Source: Bacteroidales bacterium (GTDB taxonomy: Bacteria; Bacteroidota; Bacteroidia; Bacteroidales; VadinHA17). Taken from it: DNA of 64,000 nucleotides. The position numbers were made by a program, and so were the translations under genes. How positions within the stretch are numbered: the stretch's first letter is position 1; the number at the start of each line of letters is the position of its first letter. Location: assembly GCA_046329885.1 (NCBI GenBank), contig JAXLTU010000011.1:14184-78183 (forward strand), read 5' to 3'. The notes beneath the pieces are model-generated. The model searched no databases. It was not told the DNA's origin and worked only from the letters and a program-made list of their open reading frames with translations. Below are positions 10,565 to 19,397 of this stretch, in pieces.

Positions 10565-11345
10565 AGATAGGCTGCAGTCAGACCCGGTAAAATTCAAGTC
10601 AATTATTAATTTTCGCGACGTGGCTCAGGCACCGGGATTTCCAATGGATGGATTAAAGAAAGGTTTAGTATTTCGTTCCGCGAATCCTGACAAAGCAAAG
10701 GGCAGCGACATAGGGAGATTAAAACAGCTCGGCATTAGAACAATAGTTGACCTGAGAGGGCCCTCGGAGGTTAAAACAGGGAGGCTTAGCGCACAAGGCA
10801 TAAGTGTTGTTTCATACCCGCTCGATTTCGAGCAGGCAACAAGGAATAAACTTTATCCATTATTAAGGAAGAAGAATCCCGAGAAAGAGATACTTGAAGT
10901 GTCCAATACCCTTTATCTCGATATTCTTGATGCTTCCGGTCCTGTTATTAAGGAGATAGTAAATCTTCTTCTTGATGATGATAAATCGCCAATTCTAATT
11001 CACTGTCAGGCCGGTAAGGACAGGACAGGTATAATTGTTGCGCTGTTGTTGCTCGCTTCAGGCAAGTCACGCGATTATATACGAAATGATTTCATGTTGT
11101 CGAATAACGACATATTGCCATATTATCGCAAGCAACTTATAATAAGGAAAATACTGAGATTTGGATTCCTGCCATTCAAGACTGTTTTGTTCGCCATTGC
11201 CGTTAAAGAGCAGAACATCATTTCAGTCCTTGACCGCGTGGAAAATCATTATGGAGGCATTGATAATTTCCTGAAACTATCAGGTGTCGGTGAGGCTGAA
11301 ATTGGTAAGTTAAAATCAAGACTATCAAAAGACTACTCTATTTAG
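10551..11345 (+). CDS. tyrosine-phosphatase-like protein (Y_phosphatase3 type, CX5R)
   Basis: NFRDV near the N-terminus and the active-site loop HCQAGKDRTG. The track ORF starts at 10455 inside crtB. I prefer the in-frame GTG at 10551 (14-nt overlap with crtB), but the start is uncertain. Confidence 0.7.
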   Translation: MNPVKDRLQSDPVKFKSIINFRDVAQAPGFPMDGLKKGLVFRSANPDKAKGSDIGRLKQLGIRTIVDLRGPSEVKTGRLSAQGISVVSYPLDFEQATRNKLYPLLRKKNPEKEILEVSNTLYLDILDASGPVIKEIVNLLLDDDKSPILIHCQAGKDRTGIIVALLLLASGKSRDYIRNDFMLSNNDILPYYRKQLIIRKILRFGFLPFKTVLFAIAVKEQNIISVLDRVENHYGGIDNFLKLSGVGEAEIGKLKSRLSKDYSI

Positions 11346-11455
11346 ACACTTTTACCGCATCTTCATTTTCCTGGTTCAAATTTTAAGCCGGGTCTGACTC
11401 AATTTTTATACATCAAAAGATGTACTTTTAACGAGCAGAAAAGAGATACCGGGAA

Positions 11456-12790
11456 GTGCAGTTAAAATCGTCAGAAAGCACGACAAGGTTCAGGACTATT
11501 TTTCGGTCGCTGAAATACAGGAACTACAGGCTGTTCTTTGCCGGGCAGGGCATTTCCCTTATCGGGACCTGGATGCAAAGGATAGCAATGCCGTGGCTCG
11601 TGTATCACTTAACGGGTTCTGCACTTATGCTTGGCATAGTAAGTTTTGCTGGTCAGGTTCCAACCTTTATTCTTGCTCCCTTTGCCGGGGTCCTCACTGA
11701 CAGGTGGAACAGGTACCACGTGCTCATAGCGGCCCAGACCCTTGCAATGCTTCAGGCTCTTGCTTTCACTGTTTTATTCTATGCTGGCAAGCTCGAGATG
11801 TGGCATATAATGACCTTGAGCGTAGTGTGGGGAATATTCAACTCCTTTGATGTTCCCTCGAGACAGTCATTCGTTATTGACCTTGTCGAGAAGAAGGAGG
11901 ACCTGGGGAATGCAATAGCTCTTAACTCGCTCATGTTTAACGGCGCCCGGCTGATAGGCCCGTCAGTTGCAGGTATACTCCTTGCATTTAAAGGCGAGGG
12001 AATTTGCTTTCTTCTCAACACTATAAGCTATGTCTTTGTTATTGGCTCCCTGCTCATGATGAGAGTGCCAAAGCCTGCTCCTAGAGTCTCGAAAACTAGG
12101 ATGGGTGAGGAGCTGAAAGAGGGATTCAGGTACGCGTTTGGTTTTCCGCCCATACGACATGTTATCCTGCTCCTCGCGCTGGTAAGCCTCATGAGCATGC
12201 CATACTCGGTGCTCATGCCTGTCTTTTCAAAAGAGGTTTTGCATGGCGATTCGACGACCTTCGGATTTCTGACAGCTGCTGCCGGTCTCGGGGCATTGGC
12301 AAGTGGTTTATGGCTGGCAGCTCGAAAATCAGTGTTGAGGCTGGGAAGAATAATACCAGCTGCTGCAGCTATCTTTGGTCTCGGAGCAGCTGTTCTTTCT
12401 TTGTCAAGAAACATTCCCTTGTCAATGTGCCTGATGGTTGTAGCGGGTGCCGGGATAATGATGCATACTGCTGCAAGCAATACGATACTTCAGACTATTG
12501 TTGATGAGGACAAGCGGGGAAGAGTCATGAGCTTTTACACTATGGCAATAATGGGTACGGCACCATTCGGGAGCCTTCTGGCGGGTGCACTTGCAAAGAG
12601 CATCGGAACTCCAATGACAATACTCGCCGGGGCCATGTTCTGTCTTGCTGGAGCCATCCTGTTCTACCTGAAGCTGCCAGAACTTAAAAACCTCGTGCGG
12701 CCGGTTTATGTTAGGATGGGTATCATTCCCGAGGTCGCCTCAGCTATCCAGTCAGCTTCTGATCAGCCAGCTTCCGGTTCCGGAGCATAA
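11456..12790 (+). CDS. MFS transporter (MFS_3 / EntS-like family)
   Basis: About 12 hydrophobic segments. N-terminal YRNYRLFFAGQGISLIGTWMQRIAMPWLV is typical of this MFS subfamily. GTG start. Confidence 0.85.
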   Translation: MQLKSSESTTRFRTIFRSLKYRNYRLFFAGQGISLIGTWMQRIAMPWLVYHLTGSALMLGIVSFAGQVPTFILAPFAGVLTDRWNRYHVLIAAQTLAMLQALAFTVLFYAGKLEMWHIMTLSVVWGIFNSFDVPSRQSFVIDLVEKKEDLGNAIALNSLMFNGARLIGPSVAGILLAFKGEGICFLLNTISYVFVIGSLLMMRVPKPAPRVSKTRMGEELKEGFRYAFGFPPIRHVILLLALVSLMSMPYSVLMPVFSKEVLHGDSTTFGFLTAAAGLGALASGLWLAARKSVLRLGRIIPAAAAIFGLGAAVLSLSRNIPLSMCLMVVAGAGIMMHTAASNTILQTIVDEDKRGRVMSFYTMAIMGTAPFGSLLAGALAKSIGTPMTILAGAMFCLAGAILFYLKLPELKNLVRPVYVRMGIIPEVASAIQSASDQPASGSGA

Positions 12791-12819
12791 TATTATATTT
12801 GTTTTTTTTATTAATTGAA

Positions 12820-15483
12820 ATGAAAACGACCACCTATTTGAAAACTAACAATGTACCTGTCCGTACTTTATTGCTGACATTTTGTTTCCTCATTTTCTTC
12901 CTGCAGATAGCACTTCCACAGAAAGACACGACTTCTGGAGCCCGGAAGAAACAACCTGTATATACAACCACGAGACTTACAACTTCAAAACCTGTCATAG
13001 ACGGGAAGCTGGATGACGAGTGCTGGAGTACCGGCACATGGGCTGGTAACTGGCACCAGTTCATACCGAGTGAAGGTGCAGAACCTTCATACCCCACCGA
13101 TATGAAGATTTTATATGATGACAAGAACCTTTACGTGGCTTTCAGGGCCTGGGATGACGAGCCGGGTAAGGTACACCGATATGCCGGGGGAAGAGACAGC
13201 TTTGAAGGCGACATGATCGGTGTGAACTTTGACAGCTATCACGATTACAGGACTGGTTTCGAATTCACGGTTACAGCCTGGGGTCAGAAAATAGACCTCA
13301 TTCTTTTTAATCCCGATAACTGGGACGTTAACTGGACAGCAGTCTGGAAGGTCAAGACAGCCATCGAAGATTCTGCATGGGTAGCCGAGATGGAGATCCC
13401 GTTCAGCCAGTTAAGATACAGTGTGCAGAATGATCAGGTATGGGGAATGCATACCTGGCGCTGGATAGACAGGAAGCAGGAAGAGAGTAACTGGGAGCAG
13501 CAGTCAAAGACCGGAGCCGGAATGTTATATAATTTCGGTGAATTACACGGCATAAACAGCCTTCCAAAATCCAGACGTCTTGAAATAATGCCTTATGGTC
13601 TGACTAAACTTACCACCATGGAAAAGGAAGCAGGCAACCCGTTTACTGAAAAGGGAAGGGCTTTCAATGGCAATCTGGGCCTGGATGCGAAGTATGGCAT
13701 TTCAAGCAATTTCACCCTTGACCTCACTATTAATCCCGACTTCGGCCAGGTGGAATCCGATCCTTCAGTGATGAACCTTACTGCATTCGAGACTTTCTAC
13801 GAGGAGAAAAGGCCATTTTTCCTGGAAGGCCTGACGATATTCGATTTCGATTTTGACGAGGAGAGCATTTTTTATTCGAGGCGGATAGGTCACTCGCCAT
13901 CGAGGGAAATATTCCCGTCACCGAATACCTTCGTCAAATCGCCTGACATGACAACAATTGCTGATGCTGTCAAGATATCAGGAACAACCTCAGATGGACT
14001 TTCAGTGGGTTTCATACAGAGCCTTACCGGTCCGGAATACGCCAAGGTTACAGATATATTCGGAGACACACGTCATTCCGTTGTTGAGCCTCTCACCAAT
14101 TACACTGTCGCCAGGGTTCAGAAAGGGTACAAGGCAGGAACTACCGTTATTGGTGGTATGCTTACCTCGACCAACCGTTTCATGAATGGTACTGATCTTT
14201 CCTTCCTTCCCGAGAACGCTTACACGGGTGGTTTTGACATTATTCACAGGTGGAAGGACAAGGAGTTTTTTATTGATGCCAAACTGATCGGTAGCCATGT
14301 TACCGGCAACGTTGATGCTATTAAACTGCTTCAGGAATCATCGGCAAGGTATTTCCAGCGACCAGAAGCTTCATACCTCGATTTTGACAGTACTCGTACA
14401 AGCCTTAGCGGGTTTGGTGGCAAGATCAAGATTGGCAAGGGAGCTAAAGGGTTCTGGCGTTATTCTACAGCATTGAAATGGCTGTCACCGGGGCTTGAAC
14501 TGAATGACCTTGGCTACATGCAGACCGCTGACGAGATAAACAATGAAAACGAGATATCTTATTTTGTAAATCAGCCAGTTTCGATTTTCAGAACATATAG
14601 TATTAACCTCGAGCAGTTTAACAGCTGGAATTTCGGCGGCAAATTCCTTGGCACGGGCGGGCATCTTTCCTTCAGTTCCGAATTCAAAAATCAATGGGGG
14701 CTGGGTGTTAATCTTATATATCATACTTCCGGTCCCGACTCCAGGCTGCTCAGAGGTGGTTATGATTTCATAATGCCATACAGGATAATGGCATTCGGGA
14801 ATATGAAAACTGACCCATCGAAAAAGGTGAACGCTAATATCCAGTATAGCTTCCAAAGCATGGGGAATGATGCCCTTTCGACTTATAGTGTTACTCCCGG
14901 GGTTTCGATGAGACCTATGAGAACTCTGCGGTTTACGGTTTCCGCTACCTGGGAGGAATCAAGGAATGATCTTCAATACGTTTCAACCATTAAGAATACA
15001 TCATCTTCAAGATATATCCTCGGGAGAATTGATCAGAAAACACTTGGCCTCACATTCAGGGCTGACCTCAATATTACACCAGAGTTCTCCATACAATACT
15101 ATGGCAGTCCATTCATATCGAGGGGCAGCTATTCACAGTTTAAGAATGTCACGAACGGGAGTGCCGGGAATTATGAGGATCGGTTCTCCCTGATCAATAA
15201 CCCTTCTCTCGCGGGCGGTAACTACAACGTTGATGAAAATGGTGATCTCGTTACTGACTACGCTTTTGCAAACCCTGATTTCAATTTTCACGAGTTCAGA
15301 TCTAACCTGGTTGCCAAGTGGGAGTACAGGCTGGGATCGTTCATTTATTTTGTCTGGTCGACAGATAAGAATGGTCTGACCAGCGATCCTGCCTCATCAC
15401 TGGGAGAGTCATTCAGGAAACTTAACAAAGTATTCCCGAGGAATATTTTCCTGGTGAAGCTCAATTACTGGTTCACTCTTTAA
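12820..15483 (+). CDS. DUF5916 / carbohydrate-binding family 9-like outer-membrane-associated protein
   Basis: Signal peptide, then KPVIDGKLDDECW...LYVAFRAWDDEP (CBM9/DOMON-like) and a long beta-rich C-terminal part ending KLNYWFTL. ATG at 12820 is preferred to the upstream TTG at 12799. It is a paralog of 27310-29580. Confidence 0.7.
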   Translation: MKTTTYLKTNNVPVRTLLLTFCFLIFFLQIALPQKDTTSGARKKQPVYTTTRLTTSKPVIDGKLDDECWSTGTWAGNWHQFIPSEGAEPSYPTDMKILYDDKNLYVAFRAWDDEPGKVHRYAGGRDSFEGDMIGVNFDSYHDYRTGFEFTVTAWGQKIDLILFNPDNWDVNWTAVWKVKTAIEDSAWVAEMEIPFSQLRYSVQNDQVWGMHTWRWIDRKQEESNWEQQSKTGAGMLYNFGELHGINSLPKSRRLEIMPYGLTKLTTMEKEAGNPFTEKGRAFNGNLGLDAKYGISSNFTLDLTINPDFGQVESDPSVMNLTAFETFYEEKRPFFLEGLTIFDFDFDEESIFYSRRIGHSPSREIFPSPNTFVKSPDMTTIADAVKISGTTSDGLSVGFIQSLTGPEYAKVTDIFGDTRHSVVEPLTNYTVARVQKGYKAGTTVIGGMLTSTNRFMNGTDLSFLPENAYTGGFDIIHRWKDKEFFIDAKLIGSHVTGNVDAIKLLQESSARYFQRPEASYLDFDSTRTSLSGFGGKIKIGKGAKGFWRYSTALKWLSPGLELNDLGYMQTADEINNENEISYFVNQPVSIFRTYSINLEQFNSWNFGGKFLGTGGHLSFSSEFKNQWGLGVNLIYHTSGPDSRLLRGGYDFIMPYRIMAFGNMKTDPSKKVNANIQYSFQSMGNDALSTYSVTPGVSMRPMRTLRFTVSATWEESRNDLQYVSTIKNTSSSRYILGRIDQKTLGLTFRADLNITPEFSIQYYGSPFISRGSYSQFKNVTNGSAGNYEDRFSLINNPSLAGGNYNVDENGDLVTDYAFANPDFNFHEFRSNLVAKWEYRLGSFIYFVWSTDKNGLTSDPASSLGESFRKLNKVFPRNIFLVKLNYWFTL

Positions 15484-15502
15484 GAACTTCTCTATATAAC
15501 CG

Positions 15503-16642
15503 ATGCCAGTGATCAAGGAACGGGATTTTCAGGTTTTCGTGAAACCAGTCGGTCCGAGATGTAACCTCTCGTGTTCATATTGTTATTACATCGGTAAGCA
15601 AGACCTGCTTGAAACTTCAGGCTTTGGAATCATGCCTGATGACATTCTGGAGAAATACATAAAGGATCATTTCCTCGCTGCCGGCAGGCAGGACGTCTTC
15701 TTTTCATGGCATGGAGGTGAACCGCTTCTCGCCGGACTGGATTTTTACAGGAGAGCCTTATCATTACAGGCTAAACATAATACCTGGCAGGTAACCGTAA
15801 GAAACGGGATACAGACAAACGGTACTCTTATAGATGAAGAATGGTGCTCTTTTTTCTCCCGTGAAAAGTTTTACGTGGGAATAAGTATTGATGGTGAACC
15901 CTCTGATCACGACAAGAACAGGTTAACAAGTGCAGGTAAAGGATCGTCAGCCATTGTTGAGGATTCGATCAGGAGGCTCGTCAGGCATGGTGTTGAAACA
16001 GAACTTTTGTGTACTGTGAACAAGCAGAATGTGTCCAGTCCGATCGAGACATACAGGCATCTCAAAACTCTTGGTGCACGATTCATTACCTTTCTCCCCG
16101 TTGTCGATACTGTTTCCTTAAAGCATGGACGGGGACCAGGATTTTCTGTCCTGCCTGATGAATTTGGCAATTTCCTTTGTGCTGTCTTCGACGAATGGCT
16201 ATCCTTTGATATAGGTACTGTAAAGATCCAGATAATCGAGGAAGCTTTAAGGACTGCTTTCGGTCAGGGGCACACGCTCTGCATCTTTAAAAAAACATGC
16301 GGGACAGTCCCGGTGATTGAACACGACGGGGAGTTATATTCCTGCGATCATTACGTTGATGACGGATACCGGATAGGTAATATTTCCCAGGGTTCTCTTG
16401 CCTCGTATCTTGATTCAGAAAGACAACAATCATTCGGAAGAGAAAAGGAAAGACTACCTTCTGCCTGCATGAAATGCGAGGTTCTCAGCATGTGCAACGG
16501 AGAATGTCCAAGGAACAGGATACTGAAAAGTAAACCGGGTGAACCAGGGCTTAACTACCTGTGCTCGGGATACAAAAAATTCTTCCTGCATGTGACTCCT
16601 TTTATTGCGGCCGTATCAGCCGAATGGCGAAGAAAAAGCTGA
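15503..16642 (+). CDS. anaerobic sulfatase-maturating enzyme-like radical SAM/SPASM protein
   Basis: VKPVGPRCNLSCSYCYY (CX3CX2C cluster) and C-terminal Cys clusters (CDHY..., CMKCEVLSMCNGECP). Confidence 0.8.
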   Translation: MPVIKERDFQVFVKPVGPRCNLSCSYCYYIGKQDLLETSGFGIMPDDILEKYIKDHFLAAGRQDVFFSWHGGEPLLAGLDFYRRALSLQAKHNTWQVTVRNGIQTNGTLIDEEWCSFFSREKFYVGISIDGEPSDHDKNRLTSAGKGSSAIVEDSIRRLVRHGVETELLCTVNKQNVSSPIETYRHLKTLGARFITFLPVVDTVSLKHGRGPGFSVLPDEFGNFLCAVFDEWLSFDIGTVKIQIIEEALRTAFGQGHTLCIFKKTCGTVPVIEHDGELYSCDHYVDDGYRIGNISQGSLASYLDSERQQSFGREKERLPSACMKCEVLSMCNGECPRNRILKSKPGEPGLNYLCSGYKKFFLHVTPFIAAVSAEWRRKS

Positions 16643-16644
16643 CT

Positions 16645-17502
16645 TTATTCGAGTTTTTCCCTGAAAAAAGCAATAGTCCTTCCCCAGGCGAGCGTGGCAG
16701 CTTCCTTGTTGTATCTTGCAGGGTTGGAGTCGTTGTTGAAAGCGTGCTGGGTGCCGGGATAGGAATAAATAGTATACTCTTTTCCTGCTTTTTTAAGCGC
16801 CTCCTCGAATGCAGGGATGCCGTCATTAATCATTTTGTCATCTCCCGCATAGTGAGCCAGCAGAGGGGCCTTTATCTTTGCCACATCGTCTGCTGCCGGT
16901 TGTCTCCCGTAGTATGGGACCGCGGCGTCCAGATCAGGTGAGTTAACTGCCACCTGGTTCGTCATCGCCCCACCCCAGCAGAATCCAGTGCATCCTACTT
17001 TCCCGTTGGTGTTGGGATTAGTCTTCAGGTATTTCACGGCAGCAACAAAATTCTTCGTCGTTTCTTCAGGTACAAGTTTTTTGAAAAGTTCGCCGACGTT
17101 AGTAATGTCTTCCGGTGTGCCACCTACAGGTGATAGTGCATCGGGTGCAAGTGCTACAAATCCCTCGGAAGCCATCCTCCGGGTTACATCCTGTATATGC
17201 GGGACAAGTCCGCGATTCTCGTGAATCACTATAACTGCCGGATGTTTCTTGCCATCACCTGGTCTTGCCATGTATGCCCTCATCTCGCAATTGAACCCCT
17301 GGTATTTTATATATTCAGCGACGAGCTCGGGAGCCTTCCCTGCCGATGAATCACCCGTCGCCCAGTTCTCTTCAAGAACGGGGATTAATGCCATAGCAGC
17401 CGCCGTGCTTCCCGCCAAAGCGGTTAATTTCTTCAGGAAATCTCTGCGACTGGTTACCCCTTTGCGGTAGTCATTGTAAAGATCCTTCATTATGTTTTCC
17501 AT
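16645..17502 (-). CDS. dienelactone hydrolase family protein with twin-arginine signal
   Basis: Tat motif TSRRDFLKKL and nucleophile elbow GFCWGG. Confidence 0.8.
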   Translation of the reverse strand: MENIMKDLYNDYRKGVTSRRDFLKKLTALAGSTAAAMALIPVLEENWATGDSSAGKAPELVAEYIKYQGFNCEMRAYMARPGDGKKHPAVIVIHENRGLVPHIQDVTRRMASEGFVALAPDALSPVGGTPEDITNVGELFKKLVPEETTKNFVAAVKYLKTNPNTNGKVGCTGFCWGGAMTNQVAVNSPDLDAAVPYYGRQPAADDVAKIKAPLLAHYAGDDKMINDGIPAFEEALKKAGKEYTIYSYPGTQHAFNNDSNPARYNKEAATLAWGRTIAFFREKLE

Positions 17503-17621
17503 ATACCTGATTTATAATATTAGTACCATTCCCGAGTTTATCAAGTTATGAAAAAAACATGAAAAGAAGATCAAAAACCCGGCTTCAGATATAAATTCGC
17601 GTTAAACCCAAACTGAATAAG

Positions 17622-17999
17622 GTGATTAAGAATATTTTACTGATCGGTACCGGTGGTTTCCTCGGGAGTGTGGCAAGGTACTTCGTTTCAAGACTGAATC
17701 TGGCCCCGGTTTCAGTTTCCATACCAGTGGGGACCTTACTTGTTAACATTACGGGCAGCCTATTGATTGGTTTACTCATGGGACTTTCAGAAAGGTCCGC
17801 TATTATGACCACGGAGGCGCGATTATTTCTTATGACCGGTTTGTGTGGCGGGTTTACAACTTTCTCCTCCTTCACAATGGAGAATCTGACAATGTTGCAC
17901 AATGGCCAGTTCCTCCCGATCATCCTTTACACGGCATTAAGTATAGTGCTTGGGTTCGTTGCCGTATGGCTTGGATATGCAATTATTAATCTCATTTAA
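17622..17999 (+). CDS. crcB: fluoride efflux channel CrcB
   Basis: 125 aa with four hydrophobic segments, GTGGFLGSVARY and GGFTTFSSF. GTG start. Confidence 0.9.
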   Translation: MIKNILLIGTGGFLGSVARYFVSRLNLAPVSVSIPVGTLLVNITGSLLIGLLMGLSERSAIMTTEARLFLMTGLCGGFTTFSSFTMENLTMLHNGQFLPIILYTALSIVLGFVAVWLGYAIINLI

Positions 18000-18008
18000 T
18001 TACTGGTT

Positions 18009-18347
18009 ATGTCACACGGTATACTTAAGATCTATGCAAGCAATACCGACAAGATTGGAGGTGAATTGCTTTATGAACACGTGGTCTACCTGGCAAAATC
18101 GAAAGGCTTATCAGGTGTAACTGTTTACAGGGGTATTATGGGCTACGGTATGAGCAGCAGTCATGTCAGTTCGACAAAATTCTGGGAATTGACTGAAAAA
18201 CTACCTGTTATGATTGAAATAATTGACAATACCGAGAAGCTTGAGGCATTCTTCGAACTCGTGAAACCTGAGCTTACTTCAATGCCCAAGGGTTGCCTCG
18301 TGTCTCTTGAACCCGTGGAAATTAAACTTCAGAAAAAGGGAGGGTGA
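18009..18347 (+). CDS. DUF190 domain protein (PII-like, CrcB-associated)
   Basis: ILKIYASNTDKIGGELLYEHVVYLAKSKGLSGVTVYRGIMGYG. It starts 9 nt after crcB. Confidence 0.75.
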   Translation: MSHGILKIYASNTDKIGGELLYEHVVYLAKSKGLSGVTVYRGIMGYGMSSSHVSSTKFWELTEKLPVMIEIIDNTEKLEAFFELVKPELTSMPKGCLVSLEPVEIKLQKKGG

Positions 18348-18356
18348 GTCAGCCTT

Positions 18357-19337
18357 ATGAAAATGACCCTCTTCTTCTTACTCTTTTTCGTACTTGCAAC
18401 TCATGTAGATGGGCAGGAAGATTTTAGTAAAGCTGACTCTTTTGCAGGCGGGCTTGTATATATGTCAGACGATGCCCGGGAACTGAGCGGTTTCCTGACT
18501 TCAGGCTTCAAATCAGACATCCAGAAGGCAAGGGTAATTTACACCTGGGTATGCAAGAATATAAGCTACGATATAAACAAATCGTTGAACCGGACCGGCA
18601 TCAGGTATACCTATTCGTCTGAAGAGGAGAAAAAGCAGATCCTTGAAAAAATTATCAGCGATGGAGTAAGGGAGACACTGAAAAGAAGGAAGGGTATTTG
18701 CGAGGATTATTCAAATTTATTTACAGCACTGTGCAGGTATTCTGGACTGGAGGTTAAAACCATTAGAGGTTCGGCCAGGGTTAATCCCCGTCTTACAGGT
18801 CAGACCCGGCTACCTGATGATCATACCTGGAATGCTATAAAGATTAATGCATCGTGGTGGATTGTCGATGCCACCTGGGGTGCCGGCAGCATTGACCCGG
18901 GGAGGAAAAAATTTATTAAAAGCTTCAGGGAAGAATTTTTCATGATTGATCCCTCGATAGCGATCTTTTCTCATTATCCCAAAGATCGGGAAGAACAGCT
19001 ACTTCCAGGAACAATCGGGCCGGAAGAGCTCGCTAAAATGCCTGTTACAGGGAACGGTTTTGTTCGTTACAGGGTCACTGGTTTTGAACCATCAACAGCG
19101 ATTATTAAGAGTAACAGGGAAGGCACTGTCGTAATCACAATTACATCCGGGGGGAAAGTACCCGGTAAATACCTTGTTACTGAGGATAACTCGCGCAAGG
19201 AGATTCAGCCGGTAAGCCAGGCAAAAGGTACGCTGACATTTGAAATCTCAACAAAAGGAAGGTCAGGCAGATTAGTCACGATATCAGGCCTGGAGGAGGG
19301 CCAGGTTTATGATATCATAACATACAAGATCCAATAG
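18357..19337 (+). CDS. transglutaminase-like cysteine protease domain protein (secreted)
   Basis: Signal peptide. Core motifs GICEDYSNLF (Cys), DDHTWNAI (His) and WIVDATWG (Asp). Confidence 0.75.
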   Translation: MKMTLFFLLFFVLATHVDGQEDFSKADSFAGGLVYMSDDARELSGFLTSGFKSDIQKARVIYTWVCKNISYDINKSLNRTGIRYTYSSEEEKKQILEKIISDGVRETLKRRKGICEDYSNLFTALCRYSGLEVKTIRGSARVNPRLTGQTRLPDDHTWNAIKINASWWIVDATWGAGSIDPGRKKFIKSFREEFFMIDPSIAIFSHYPKDREEQLLPGTIGPEELAKMPVTGNGFVRYRVTGFEPSTAIIKSNREGTVVITITSGGKVPGKYLVTEDNSRKEIQPVSQAKGTLTFEISTKGRSGRLVTISGLEEGQVYDIITYKIQ

Positions 19338-19377
19338 CTTCTCTCCACCCTGGGAGCAGATATTTTCCCGTTAACCT

Positions 19378-19397
19378 CCCGTCCGGATGCGGATGGG
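19378..19397. terminator. hairpin between convergent genes (possible bidirectional terminator)
   Basis: CCCGTCCG-GATG-CGGATGGG forms an 8-bp stem including one G-U pair. There is no strong U-tract. Confidence 0.35.

Noticed and set aside
12028-12480. 150-aa minus-strand ORF. Similar long antisense ORFs lie at 25799-26311, 35678-36151, 51322-51879, 53524-53955 and 20137-20553.
   Set aside because: Each lies inside a well-supported gene on the opposite strand (MFS, AMP-binding enzyme, GNAT-like protein, pyrH, rpsB, GH3). All have Ser/Pro/Arg-rich or otherwise featureless translations.
16561-16941. 126-aa plus-strand ORF spanning the end of the sulfatase maturase gene and the dienelactone hydrolase gene
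   Set aside because: It is out of frame with the maturase gene and antisense to the hydrolase gene, both of which are well supported.
17503-17621. Fluoride riboswitch upstream of crcB
   Set aside because: I read the region on the crcB strand and the conserved core sequences are absent. This is recorded as an absence, subject to a covariance-model check.
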